From the NCBI GenBank assembly GCA_964016885.1, contig OZ024742.1, positions 152,334,001-152,398,000 of the forward strand: a DNA stretch of 64,000 bases, read 5' to 3'. The translations under genes and the position numbers were made by a program. Numbering within the stretch: the stretch's first letter is position 1; each line of letters begins with the position of its first letter. Positions 1-12,879 of the stretch are shown here, one piece after another. The notes below the pieces were generated by a model. That model was not told where the DNA came from, did no database searches, and worked only from the letters and a program-made list of their open reading frames with translations. This stretch comes from Eledone cirrhosa (lineage: Eukaryota).

Positions 1-355
1 AAATGGCGTAGACATACAACACAACAGGAGGAACAAAGAATATAACACCACTGACGATGTTGCAGATGTGCAACGAAAGATTTATGTAAATTATGTAAAC
101 TATATATATGTGTTTGTGTCTATATTGTATCTGTATTATTTTTGACCGTCGGTCAGTCAATGGCAACATTGAGGACCGAGTAAGTTAGATCGCAGATATA
201 AAAGACAGCGAGAAGCGAAAACCAACCAAACAGTGAGTGTGTTCTGTTATTAATTCTGGCAATATTACGCAAATATGACCCTCCCCAAGTATAACAATAT
301 CTGTTTCGACACACGATTTCATATAAAAAACCTCGCTAAACTAATTCATCGCCGC
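1..355 (+). mobile_element. 3' end (pLTR region) of a Penelope-like element, same family as 53430-54540
   Basis: 232-350 (GTGAGTGTGTT...ATGACCCTCCCCAAGTATAACAATAT...CTCGCTAAACTAATTC) aligns by eye to the reverse complement of 53435-53535; carries a hammerhead motif at 49-86; ends in TA-rich sequence. Confidence 0.65.
49..86 (+). ncRNA. Minimal type I hammerhead ribozyme motif
   Basis: CTGACGA (51-57), extra T, stem II GTTGCA-GATG-TGCAAC, GAAA (75-78), near-palindromic stem III AGATTT, N17=A; stem I only 2 bp. Confidence 0.65.
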
Positions 356-2861
356 TATATATATCCCTATCCATTTATCTACCTCTATGTATATATATAT
401 ACAGAATTTTTCTTACTCGATAATATATCTTTATCGGTGTCTTTGTGCGTGTGTCTGTTTACGCAAGTCATGTGTGGCTGTTTGTATGTTTATGCACACA
501 TCTTGTCTGTAAATTTTACAGACTGAAAGAAATCACATTTGCACACAGGGCACGGCACAACGCCTATGGTCCTGCCCTGTATTGTCATTCTCGTGATTCG
601 TCTTCTATCAGTTATATACAGTCAATCGCCTGTACCTACAAATGTATAAACATGTAAAAAATGAGATCTATAGACAAAGAAAGCACATTATCTACCCTAA
701 GCTGGCAAGGATAAATTGGTCTCGTTTCTTGGTAAACACATGTAAAAGATTGAACTTCATAAAAAGTGGGGATTGGACACTATCTCATTTATTATGCAGG
801 CGTTTCGCAAAAGTACATAATTTTCATCCAATTCAAACTAAACGCCCGAAGATACGAACATGACTCATCCCGATTGATTACAAGTTGCTGAAAACAATTA
901 GTAGATATGGTTGGGGTGGTTACAGTGTTCATAATGCATGATAAGCGATATGCCTTTATAGAAAAAAATTTGCCCAGTTGGAAATGTATATAGAAAACAC
1001 AGCACCCTCTATGGAATTTCTCTGATCTATATAAAATATCCTATTCTAAATACATTGAGTCAAATGTATTCTCTCAGCCCCATCCCTTCGTTCAATAGTC
1101 TTCAATAATCCACACCATTCTTTATACGACGTTGTCCGTTGCTTGAATCACAAGACACAAATAATTGATCCAATGGATCTCTATACAAGCTGTCGAATGC
1201 TTTCAAATCGATTATTTTCTGTATGTTGGGAATACAAGCGAGTGAGTGAGTGAGAGATAGAGGGGGGAGCGGGTGAAAGATAAAGAAGAATATACGAGAA
1301 GAGAGATTGTATGAAATTGAGAGTGATTGTGAAATGGAGAGAATAGTGGAACTAAAGTCAAGATTAGTCATATTTATTAAATGACTGCAGTGGGAGTATT
1401 TGCATATACGAGGATTAATGGGAATGCGAATAGACTTGATATTCTAAGAAAACTTGTTAAAACATTCATAGAACATAGAACAAAAATTGTAAAATAATGC
1501 AGATGTTAATGTTATGCTATTAAATACATAAAATAAAATGAATGCTAAATTTATTGCTAAAATATGTATTTTGAAATCTGTCAAGCTAGAAAAATTATAT
1601 GAAAGTATGGGATGACTAATATTTCAAAAGGTGCAAGATTATTATTATCAGTTTAAATTCTGCATTAACGTACATGCTTGTACGTACGCACTTCCATGTT
1701 GATAGATGCGTATAGTTACATGTATGGATCTTTAATCCTGATGGAGTTGTAGGTGTACCGTCATGACATACATCCTGTGTTTCTGACATGTTTAAATCTG
1801 ACAGAGGCTGTCCCCTTTGCAGGTTTGGATACAGCCGATTTCTCTTGGGGAGGCGAGTGAGAGAGGGGAAGTAAGAAAGTATTATAGAAGAAGAGTAGTC
1901 TCAATTGGTGAACTGGTATCAGGTTATTTAGAAATTAATGTATGTTTTTAAACATTAAATTTAAAATGACATATCTCAATCTAGAATAAACTTTATTGAT
2001 TGCTATAGAAACTGTTAGAATGTACAAAGTTTTGCCAACAAGATACAAGTATACTTAATGTGGTAATATTGAATTCTGAAGTTCTGAGTATAGACAATTC
2101 CTCGAATATTTATTTGCGGCTGTTTGTTTGTTGAATCATTTTTCCTGTAAGTTGTGGATTGAATATTTGAAAAAGAGGTAGATGATTGTTTATAAATGCT
2201 TTAATAAACAATAGAGCCCCCTCTCAAAGTGTCTGAAATGGTGATAAATGTTAGAGATTTATGAAAAATGAAATCTGTTATGAATCGCTGCAACGTCAAT
2301 ATAGAAGACAAAGCTGACAAAATATAACCTACAACGTGAAGATACACAACTAAATGCTGTCAAATACATACTCCAGCCACTCATGGCAACTAATAGGGCT
2401 TATGGATTTATTTCAAACTCACCCACCGGGAATGTGATGTTTCTTTTCTATGAGGTTTCCACTTCCTGCTCTTCCTCTTCAATGAGCTATCCTCCAAAAC
2501 TTTCATTTCCACACCTCTAACTAATTCTAACTTTCTCAATTCTCTGCTAATCCTTGCCTGAAATCTTAGCAGCTCTCTGCCTGTCTACAATACACGGCCT
2601 GGTGCCTTTTAATATACTCATTCTAAATATCATACACACCTTTCTAAAAACATGCTCAACATTTTCATATCTCTGAAAACTCCACACGTAAACACATAAA
2701 AACAAACAAACTAATATTTACATACAACATCTCCACACCTAATTCTATCAACAGGAATCGAACACACGACTTTTCGATCATAAGTAGAACACTAAGGCAC
2801 GCGCTTTCACTATACACATACACACGCACACACATACACACATATGTTCTCTCTTTCTCTT

Positions 2862-4200
2862 AATTTCGAGTATATTTTATTTTTGAACGGCCACCTTCCT
2901 GGTGGCAAAGTTGTAAAAGAAAATAAATTGTCATCCCTTGAATTGCAAGAATGTTTTGCAAATTTTGAAGGTGCCAGCTATCGCAGCCATTTGTAGACTA
3001 TGAATTAGGGAGCTTCGCTCTTTGTCCGCAAATCCAAGTTCAGTCATACGTTGGTCCAAGCGGGTTGGTATATAACTCTTAGCTCCAATAATGATGGGTA
3101 TGACGCTAAAGGTGTATCTTGGATACTGGATTTGTAAACTCCTCATCAATGGTCCGTAGATGTCCTCCTTCTGTATTTTTCTGACAACGTTTACACAAGT
3201 AGGCAGCTGATCTCCACAACAGAACACGTTTTCAATGTGTGGTCCCAAACAACAATATCAGGCCGGTTGTGCTTTAATTTGGTGGCAGTTTTTATTCTCA
3301 GGTTCCACCAGTATTCCTTAGTGCCATCTGTCTCAATATATTCTTCCTCGTTTGTTTTTTATATTGTTTTCCGAAGTGCATTCCAGATGGTTCTAGCTAT
3401 CCCATCGTGTCTCAAGGAGGGGGGGGGGGGTTAGTAGCGAGATGACATTCTTTCGCAGCTAGCAACAATGTGGCTTACATCTTCGATCTCTGTTTTACAT
3501 AGTCTGCATTTACGAGAGTGATGGCCCTCCTCTTTTGTGCAGCAGATATTTGGTAGGGAGTTCTTGTTCCTGTATTGCATAGAGATATCCATCCAGGTGT
3601 GATGTCATAAACTTGTCGGAACTCCATGCCAAGCTTTTTGAGTGGTTTATCCCCTCTATGGTCTGTGTTTTTCCTCTCAAGTATCCATGCACAACTTTTT
3701 CTGTAAATTGGTCAATTTTTCCATCTTGTTTGAACATTGAATAGGATCTTCCGATTTCTCTGGGTGAGAGATATATATCAGGCTTTATTCCATATCTCTC
3801 CTCAAGATCAGTGGCTACCCTAATGATATTTTTTTCTTCATGCTCATAAACCTGGGAAAGATGGTTGCCAACCTTTTTCCTCTGTTGAAGATGTTGCTTC
3901 AGTGTTACTATCCGGGTCTCATATGATGTTAATATAGAATTTAGACCCCGGCCACCTTCCTTGCGTGAGAAGTATAGCCTATCCACATCAACATTGATGT
4001 TAAAGTTCCCAGTAACAGTGAGAAATTTGCGAGTTCTAACATCCATCTCACTTAGTTCTTGCAATGACCAGTTCAGGAGGCCAAATGTTAGAATTGGCAC
4101 AGCATAAGTATTGTGGGCAATGTACTTGTTGTACGCTGACAGTTCTGATTACCATATTTTCTTTACTCTTCTGAGGTATTCAGTTCTGGTTCTCTACTTA
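2862..4200 (-). mobile_element. 5'-truncated R4/Dong-clade (RLE) non-LTR retrotransposon, decayed 3' part
   Basis: WSLQELSEMDVRTRKFLT...DVDRLYFSRKEGGRGL, AIQEQELPT, CCHC knuckle (CRLC...HIVASC), HNRPDIVVWD restriction-like endonuclease, VIPIIIGA; frameshifts; 3' UTR hairpin GCCACC/GGTGGC. Confidence 0.85.
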
Positions 4201-4260
4201 TTTATGTATGTTCTTCTGGTTTTATAATTTCACGAAGTTTTACCAATAGAGAGAGAGTAA

Positions 4261-4340
4261 TATTTGATTCGTTTGCAATTATGCAAACAGATATATATAT
4301 ATATATATATCTGTTTGCATAATTGCAAACGAATCGAATA
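4261..4340. repeat. 80-bp near-perfect palindrome centred on (AT)10
   Basis: Arms 4261-4290 and 4311-4340 match 29/30 as reverse complements. Confidence 0.95.
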
Positions 4341-4589
4341 TTACATACATACATGCATACATACATACATATGTGTGCGTGTGTATGTGTATAGTGAAAG
4401 CACGTGCCCTAGTGTTCGACTTACGATCGAAAAGTCGTGTGTTCGATTCCTGTTGATAGAATTAGGTGTGGAGATGTTGAATGTAAATATTAGTTTGTTT
4501 GTTTTTATGTCTTTTAGTGTGGAGGTTTCAGAGATATGGAAAGCGCATGTGTGTGAGAGAGCGAGAGAGAGAAATGTGTGCGTGTAATT

Positions 4590-4802
4590 AATTGTTTCTG
4601 ATTTAGGCACAAGGCCAACAAATGTTTTGTGGGAGAAAGTCGATTAAATCGACTCCAGTGCGTCACAGGTACTTTATTGTATCGTGAAGGATGAGAGGCA
4701 AAGCTAACATCTGCGTGATTTGAACTCTGGTCGTAGAGAGCTGAAACAAATAGTGGAAAACATGTAGTCCGACTCTCTAACGATTCTGCCAATCCACCAC
4801 CC
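4590..4802 (-). mobile_element. tRNA-derived SINE (family A)
   Basis: Reverse strand reads GGTGGATTGGCAGAATCG (A-box-like), GAGTTCAAATC (B-box), CTTTGCCTCTCATCC...AATAAAGTACC core, GGCCTTGTGCC...GAAACAATTA tail; shared with about ten other copies. Confidence 0.8.
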
Positions 4803-5106
4803 TTTTGCGCAAGGAAAAATATAATGAGACTGCAAAGTTTTAGAATTAATTGTGTATAGGATTGAAGCTATGAAGAAACGTAAGTGTGTATGGATCTGTA
4901 AGGATGTCTAGTAAATGGATGTCAGATAATCAAATAGAGAATACTAATATTGGTAATAGAAGAATGTGGAAGAATGAACATGATTAGGACTGAGAGATAG
5001 ACAGAAAATGAGAACAGAGTTAGAGGACGAATTCCGGTTAGATATGCGGAAGGAAGAGAGCTATGAAATGTAAATAAGGATTCACTAAAGAGTGGGTGAT
5101 AAAAGC

Positions 5107-5156
<50 letters not shown>

Positions 5157-5326
5157 CATATGTGTGTGAGTGTGTGTGTGTGTGTGTGCGTGTGCCTGCG
5201 TATGTGTGAAGAGAGAAAGAGTAAGAAAGAGCTAGAACGAGCTAGTGAGATTGTAAGGGAGAGTATGAGAGACATAGTATATCTGTAGGATAATACAATC
5301 TAAAAGAGTTGTAAGAGGTATATTTA

Positions 5327-5383
<57 letters not shown>

Positions 5384-6947
5384 TTCCTAAATAACAGACG
5401 TATATGTTTTATATACATTAATTATTCATATGTGTGTATGAGATTGAGCGAGAGAATGAAAGAAAGAGAGGAAGACTAGGTGAAAGGACCGATTTATGAT
5501 AACCTGTAAGAATAGATCGATACAAAACAAGATAAATGTCTCGCCTAGGAGTGCAATAAAATTACAACTGAAACGATATGTCCCAGATGGAACGAAATTT
5601 AAATATATGACGAATATGCCCACAAATATCTCCAAAACCCCACCACCCCCAAAAATATGCATTAAACAGAAATAAATATATAGAATTTATCCATGTGAAC
5701 TGAATTACTATGTGTAAGGCTAATAGAAAACAATCGCTTGAGACATAATATAGCTTGTTTCATTACAAAGATGCCACATAATTCAGAGATCCACTGGTGA
5801 TAAACATTAGGATGAAATATGAATATATATATATAGATTATATGTGCATATATATAATATATGATACATATTTTGTATGTATACATTATATCGATAATGT
5901 ATATTCATATTATAAATATATTAATCATATTTTCTATATTCTCATTATAAATATATTTTAAATATATTATAAATATTATGAACATTTATATCAACCATAT
6001 TATGTATATTGATATTTATAAAAATATATATACATTTTTTGGAAAGTGCTAGTTTTTGGTATGAATTTCCCACAAGCATACAAATATATCGTAAAGCATT
6101 TACACAATAGAGTGATTTTAAATACATTGTTTTGAACTGTATAACTATATAGTTCTGTTCCAATTCCAGAGATATATTCTTTCTAATGTTACCGACCCTA
6201 TAGTTTCTTTAGGACACATCTATAGTCTCATACCCAGTTAAGAATATAACATTGTTTTACTACAGAAGATGTATAGCAAACTGAAGAACTGAAGTCATTA
6301 ATTAAAGTAGTCTATTTTAATCATCTGAGATCACAAAAGATCCTATAGAACTAAATATAGGTTTAGGGCATGTGAGTCTTATTTAATTGAATGTAATCAA
6401 ATAAAATAGCATTGAAGAACATTCTGTAAACAATTCAAAATTATTTTAAAATAAAATATAAATTATGTTTATAAATATTAAACTAAAAATACACAAAATT
6501 TAAACCGACATTTTAATGATACACAAACATACACCATCCTCGCTTGAATACACACATATCAACGCCTGTATACACACACACCCATGTCTGCATAAACACA
6601 CATACATATATAATAATATGTGTACGTTTAAACACATACACGCACATATTTACTTAAAATATTCAAAAATTATCTCCACTTCAAACCTCTCTTATGCCTA
6701 AGATACATTCTAGCCCGCACTCCCCCAAGATGTCTGACAAACATAATCTGGTCTATCTTCCTATTTCTTTTTATCTACCAATGAAGGACTAATCCCAAAA
6801 CGTTAATAGTCTTGTCTTAATATATCAAGCGTTAAATGATTATATATTTTCATCATACTGTAGCGTTTCCGTGTTTATTTGTATACTTTTCATATATATA
6901 TATAGATATATATGTGTATATGTATATATTATATATGGGTGTGTGTC

Positions 6948-6949
<2 letters not shown>

Positions 6950-7026
<77 letters not shown>

Positions 7027-7043
7027 GTCTATCTATCTATCTC
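6950..7043. repeat. (TCTA)n microsatellite, 5' flank of Tx1-like copy 1
   Basis: Direct reading. Confidence 0.95.
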
Positions 7044-7272
7044 TGTTTTACTTGAGACGTGTGCCAGTTCGCTGGTAAGTTGTTAATGATTTTCTAAGTA
7101 AGAAATCAAAAATTTATTGTTAAATTTATTACTATTTTATAGCTTGACCTCACGTCTGAACTTTCAGACAGTGGGTCAAGTCATCTTCACCCCTCCCTGG
7201 GGTGAAATTTTCGCTTTGAAAAAAAAATTTTGCCGGTAAAAAAAAAGTGTAAACAAACCTTGCATTCAGTCA

Positions 7273-8915
7273 TGAACTAGAAGTAATGGAGAGGCGGTAA
7301 GAGTGTTAAGCTCGCAGTCACCTCCTCTCACCACCTCATTGAAAGACATCGAAAATGTCAGTTTGGAAAACACGATGTCGGACGTTGATTGTAACATCAA
7401 CACTAACACAAACACCATAAACATGCAAAATATAAGCAACACCAACCAGACCAACAACAACAACAATAATGACAACAAGAACGACATCAGCAACAATGAT
7501 AACAACAACAACAGCAACAATGATAACAACAACACCACCAACAACAACAACAGCAACAATGATAACAACAACACCACCAACAACAACAGCAACACGAACA
7601 ACTCCACGAACAAGGAAAAGATTTCCTTTGCTCAAACCGTCCAAAAGACGGAACTGTTCACATACCTTGACATTTCCAATGCTAGGGAAATGTTAAGCGA
7701 TGCAAAACAGTACGTAACTTTTGGTGAGAGTGGTGCTTTCAGCATCACTTCTCAACAGTTACGCAGAGAAAATTTTCTAAAAACAGTAATTTTTAGGACG
7801 ATTTGAAATGTGTTGAAAAAACCAGTTCAATTATCCCAAAACGATATTGAACTGGTTCTGAAGAATTCCATGAAGGATATTGCCTTCATCCAAAAGGGTA
7901 AACTTTTTGGAAGCATTTCGGTGTTGTTGAAAGACCAATTGACAGCACAAAAATATTCTGTATCGCCGATTGTGTCCCCCCTTTACACCTTTTTCCCCAC
8001 ATATATGGGAAAAAGAACACAAAAAATAAAAAATTTAAACATTGCACCAAATGTAAACGTCTGGTGGATTCTAACTGGCTTCATCGATTTCGACGAAGAC
8101 ACCATCATTTCGGTGGGAAAGTCCTCCAGAGGCACATTCAATGGTTCAAGCATAGAAGTCCTGGTCCAAGTGAGGCCAGAACGGATAGCTAAAATATCCC
8201 AACGTGTGCCTCTGGATGGAATTTTACACATACACATTTCTGTTGAGGGTAGGCGGCCTTCATGTTACCACTGTTTAAGCAATGGTCACCCGAAGGCTTA
8301 CTGTCCTCAGTTAACTACAAAAAAAAGAGGCACTACTGGCAACACCCAAAATAACAACACAACCACCACCATCACCACCACTACCACCACCACAACAACA
8401 ACAACAACACGCAAACACAACCAAATCAAGAACAACAAACCAACCTGCAAGCACAGTCCCACACAGCTCCACTCCACCTAAAACCACTGCAAAAACACCC
8501 ACAAACACAACCGCTCCCCAAAATATACCCCTTCCAAATAACACAGACACCACAACGGACGAGGCCCCCACATCATCAAGAAGTGACGATGATGGAGAGC
8601 CTCTCCGTTCGAAAAGAAAGAAGAAAAGACACCACAAGAACAAAAAAACAACAAACATCACTACAAATATACAACCACCAACACAAACAACACAAACATT
8701 ACAAACAAAAACCCCCGCCCCGAAAACAAAATCACAACATCACTCCAAACAAGAACACCTACAACAAAACGAAAGCTCCCATAAGAACAACATACACCCC
8801 CACCCCACCAAACATCTCCGTCCTCACCCCACCGGAAACCACCACCCACCCAGACAACCCCTCTAACACCCCCATGGAAACCGTGCGGCCTGATCCCCAG
8901 TAGACGAAGAAGTGA
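7273..8915 (+). pseudogene. LINE ORF1 (gag-like): Asn/Thr-rich N-terminus, CCHC zinc knuckle, basic/Pro-Thr tail
   Basis: ORF pieces 7303-7806, 7810-8481 and 8583-8903; CYHCLSNGHPKAYC; stops and frameshifts. Confidence 0.8.
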
Positions 8916-8952
8916 GTGTTTTCTTCTCCTCTTTTAAATTTTCAGAACCAAC

Positions 8953-11900
8953 ATGGCCAACATAAGAGTTAGATGTGTGAATGTACGCGGCCTGGGGATG
9001 CCCTGGAAACAGGGCAAACTCTTAAACGACTCGCACAGTGTGGATGTAGTAGCCATTTGTGAGTCCAGTATCCACAGCGAGCGACAGCTGGCCCCCATCT
9101 TCGATGACTTTGAGATCTACGTATCTCTCTGTCGGCCGGGTGGTGGGGGCGGGGTTGCCGTTTTGCTGCGGAAACACCTGAGTCTCGTAAAACAGACGGT
9201 ATATCTGGACTCGGAGGGTCGACTGGTGGTCCTAGACGTTGACGGTAGTGAAGGTGGAGCCTTCAGGCTGGTGGCCGCATATGCCCCTTACGGGACACCG
9301 CGGCCAGACTTCTTCAAACGTCTAGAGACTTTTCTGGGAAAGTCCCGCTCCTTGCTTTTAGTGGGGGACTGGAATGGATTCCTAGATGCACGTTGGGACT
9401 ATGTGGGAGCATGTCCCGATAAAGGGGGGTGTAACAGCCTCAAACAGTTAATCGGCCGATTTGACCTGGCCGATAGATATTGACTAGATTTTCCGACTGT
9501 GCCACTGTGGACGTGGACTAATAGTTGCGGAACATATAGATCGTACCTAGATAGGGTTCTAGTTAGAAATAAGGATAGGGACATGTTAAGCTGTCCACAA
9601 ATGTTCATGGTTGCCTATTCAGATCACAAACTAGTGACCTGCATGGTCAACCTTGATAGAACCCATAGACAAGGACCCGGCTACTGGAAGCTGAACTTGT
9701 CGTTACCGACATGCAAAGCCTGCAGTAGACGGATTAGCACTTTAGTTAAACAGCACTTGACAGGGGCCATTGTCAACAACAGATGGTGGTATTCTTTCAA
9801 GTGGGCAGTTAGATTAGACTCGTTAGCTTTTAGTAAAGAATTAGCGTTAGATAGAAATAGAACCGAGAAGGAACTGGTAGATAAAGTAGAAGAGGCAATT
9901 AGAAGTGGCAACGTAGCCAGCGTGCTAGCAATGAGAACGGCCTTGGACCAGTTCTTTGACGCAAAGCACGAGGGCTGCGTTGCCAGAAGCAAAATACGTG
10001 CTCTCGGAAACGAGGGAGCCAAAGCTGTGAGCTGGGCCCGTGTGACGGAGGCAAAAAGTGGCAATAAGTCCACGATTCGGTCTTTGAAGGACCAAAACGG
10101 ACGCGTGATATGTAAGCCGAAGCAGATGTGTGCGGCCTTTCAGCGGCAATTTGCTCAACTGTTCGGGTAGGGCGGCGCGCCGGGAGGGGCTATAGATTTT
10201 GGTCCATACCTCGACGGCCTACCGCGACTCTCGGACAGCGAGGCAAAGTTCTGCGAAAAGCCGATTTCGGCCGCTGAGATAGGGGACGCGCTGAGCCAAT
10301 GCCGCAAACGCAAATCTCCAGGTCTCGACGGTCTACCCTACGAATTTTTCGTAGCAATGCCGGACTTGTTCTCCGGTCTTCTGGAAGCGGTCTATTGTAA
10401 CTGGCAACAGAACGGGAGAATTCCCAGTTCTGTGAGCGTGGGCGTAATCACACTAGTCAGGAAGGACGAGAATAAGGGGGATAGGTGTTGGCAAAGAGGC
10501 TGGCGCTTGTCGTCGAGAACCTGCTGGGAGAAGCGCAGACATGCGCAATCCCGACCAGGTCAATACACGACAACCTCCACCTCATGCGATACATCATAGA
10601 GAGGGTAGGGTGTAAACCCGGCTTGGGTGGGGCCCTGATCAACTTGGATCAGTCTAAAACTTTCGATAGGGTTGACCATCGTTACCTGGATGCGGTGCTC
10701 GAGGCGGCAGTCTTCGGATCCGTGTTCAGGGGCTGGATTGCTACAATGCACAACAGCAACATCTGCTCAAGGGTCAAGGTGAACGGCTACCTCTCGGAGC
10801 CGTTCTATATCACGCGATCTATTCGACAGGGATGCCATCTCTCCTCCCTTCTGTACGTACTGACTCTCGAGCCACTACTGCGGAACTTGGAGCTATTGCA
10901 GGGCGTCCCTCTGGAATCGGGACTGCGGAAAGCGGCGTTGGCCTACGCCGACGATGTGACAGTAATGGTGTCGAGCGCCTCGCAAATCGAGGAAGACGGC
11001 ACCTTACTGAAGGAATATGAAAGGTTCACAGGAGCGAAGCTGAACCGGGACAATTCCATCGGTTAGCAACTCGGATCGTGGAGAGGCAAACCAATGCCTT
11101 CCGATGGCGTCGTCGGACGCTGGATGGAAGGACCGGTAAAGCTGCTCGGAGTTTGGTTTGGTCCGGACCTCCAGGTGGAGAAGAACTGGAACGAGGTGAC
11201 GGCCAAGGTGTTTGCACTCACCCACAAGTGGGCCGAGTCCAAACTATCCTTGAAAGGTCGAGCGGAGGTGGCAAATACTTTTATAGCGTCCGCCATCTAC
11301 TACCGCTTGACCTCCGTACCTTGTCCAAACAAAACGCTCACCAAAATGGAGCGCGCGCTCTTCCAATTCCTTTGGAAGAGGCGGGCTCCTTTGGTGAGAA
11401 TTTCCATCTGCTGCCAACACCTTTCCAATGGAGGGCTGGGGATGCCGTGGCTGACGATTCACAAACACGCGCTCAGGCTGCGGCATCTCTACGTATTCCT
11501 CACCGGACAACCGGTGTGGGCCCCGTTCGTGAGGCGAGCCTTCCCACAACTTGTCTCGCTGACCGAGCTGCAGTCCTGGGTCAAGCAAAGACTGGGGAAA
11601 ATGGGCGACTGGCACATCGAATGTGCTCAGGCGCTCACAGCCCTCTGGCAGGCGGACTCGGCGATCAGTGGAGACTCCACTTCGTCATTCTATAGATGGT
11701 TGATCCGCAGCAAGTGCGACGACGCGCTCGGTGAAACTCTGGGCGTAGAGGAAGATAAACTGGCCAGTCTGTTCGGTAAGACCTTCCACCCGGGACCGAT
11801 GGACAACTTCCAAAAGTCCCTGGCCTGGCAGTGTTACGGGGGAACTCTACCAGTTCGAGACAAGCTCTACAGACATGGGCGCCCGGGCAAAAAAGACCTG

Positions 11901-12315
11901 TCCGAAGTGCGTACGAGACGAAGAAACCATCGCGCACGCATTCATACACTGCCCAGGCATCATCGACTTGTGGGGCTATGTAGAACGACTATTGTCGCGG
12001 GTGGGAGCAATCCGGTTGACCACCGAGCCCATTGTCATGATCAAACCGCCACCCATCTTCAAAAACAAAGGAGAGGCGGTTTTCCTTTGTGTGATAGCTA
12101 TGGCGAAAGAGGTTGTATGGTGGACAAGGTTGAAAGGGCTGAGGTCAGACACCTTTCTCTCCGGCCAACAACTGATTCTTTTTTTCAAATACCACTTTGG
12201 AAGAAGAATCAGGTTGGAGAGAGAGGTGCTGTACCCCAGCAAGTTTTATGAAAGGTGGGTGAAAGTGGCGAGAATGGCTCGAGTGAATGGGCCTTCTCTC
12301 TATATCAGCCTTTAG
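8953..12315 (+). pseudogene. LINE ORF2: APE endonuclease, reverse transcriptase, C-terminal CCHC
   Basis: NVRGL, GDWN, SYLDRV, SDHK, GYWKLN, KSPGLDGLPYE, LDQSKTFDRVDH, IRQGC, AYADD, CPKC...HAFIHC; stops, frameshifts and a ~50-nt deletion at ~10484 (RPITLLN motif lost compared with copy 2). Confidence 0.92.
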
Positions 12316-12552
12316 GTTGAGGAAAAGGTTGAGGAAAAGGAGGAGGAGAGGAAAGGAGTACAAACTCTTCGTACTCCTGGAGATGAGGGTTACACATTTT
12401 TTCGGGGGTATGTGTTACCCATATTAACTGTCTCCCCCTATTGGGGAAAATCGACTAATTTTTAAATTGCATTTGTGATAATATTTTACACGTTTTTATT
12501 GTATGTAAACTTCCCCCTTTGTATTTGTGCCCCTGTGGCTAATAAAGAAACA

Positions 12553-12573
12553 TATCTAGCTATCTATCTATCA

Positions 12574-12639
<66 letters not shown>

Positions 12640-12642
12640 TTA
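12553..12642. repeat. (TCTA)n microsatellite, 3' flank of Tx1-like copy 1
   Basis: Direct reading. Confidence 0.95.
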
Positions 12643-12879
12643 TCTATATATATTATATATATATATATATAAATGTAAGTTTACGATTTTGTGTGTCCGC
12701 TTAAAACTAGCAAACTACCGGACCAAACTCCTCAAAATTACATCACTCGGACAGGTAACGGTCGAAAAAGTTTTACTTTGCAAAGCAACGAATTCATTTA
12801 AATTCAATTCATCTTATTTTCTAATGAATAGCAAAAGAGATCATTCATTTTGTTTTTTTATGTTCTCCAGTCTGTAGAT

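Larger units (their letters stand above)
2660..4545. repeat. ~180-bp inverted repeat pair (2660-2835 / 4370-4545) with a tRNA-like SINE head
   Basis: CAGGAATCGAACACACGACTTTTCGATC at ~2752 is the reverse complement of GATCGAAAAGTCGTGTGTTCGATTCCTG at ~4425 (B-box-like GTTCGATTCC); identity extends through both arms. Confidence 0.8.
7044..12552 (+). mobile_element. Near full-length Tx1/L1-clade LINE, copy 1 (decayed)
   Basis: ORF1 plus ORF2 (APE-RT-CCHC), 3' AATAAA at 12541-12546, (TCTA)n on both sides; 5' boundary inferred from the microsatellite. Confidence 0.9.

Noticed and set aside
1740-2640. Faint PLE-RT-like peptide remnants (KADK, ILD)
   Set aside because: Too short and on inconsistent strands to support a call
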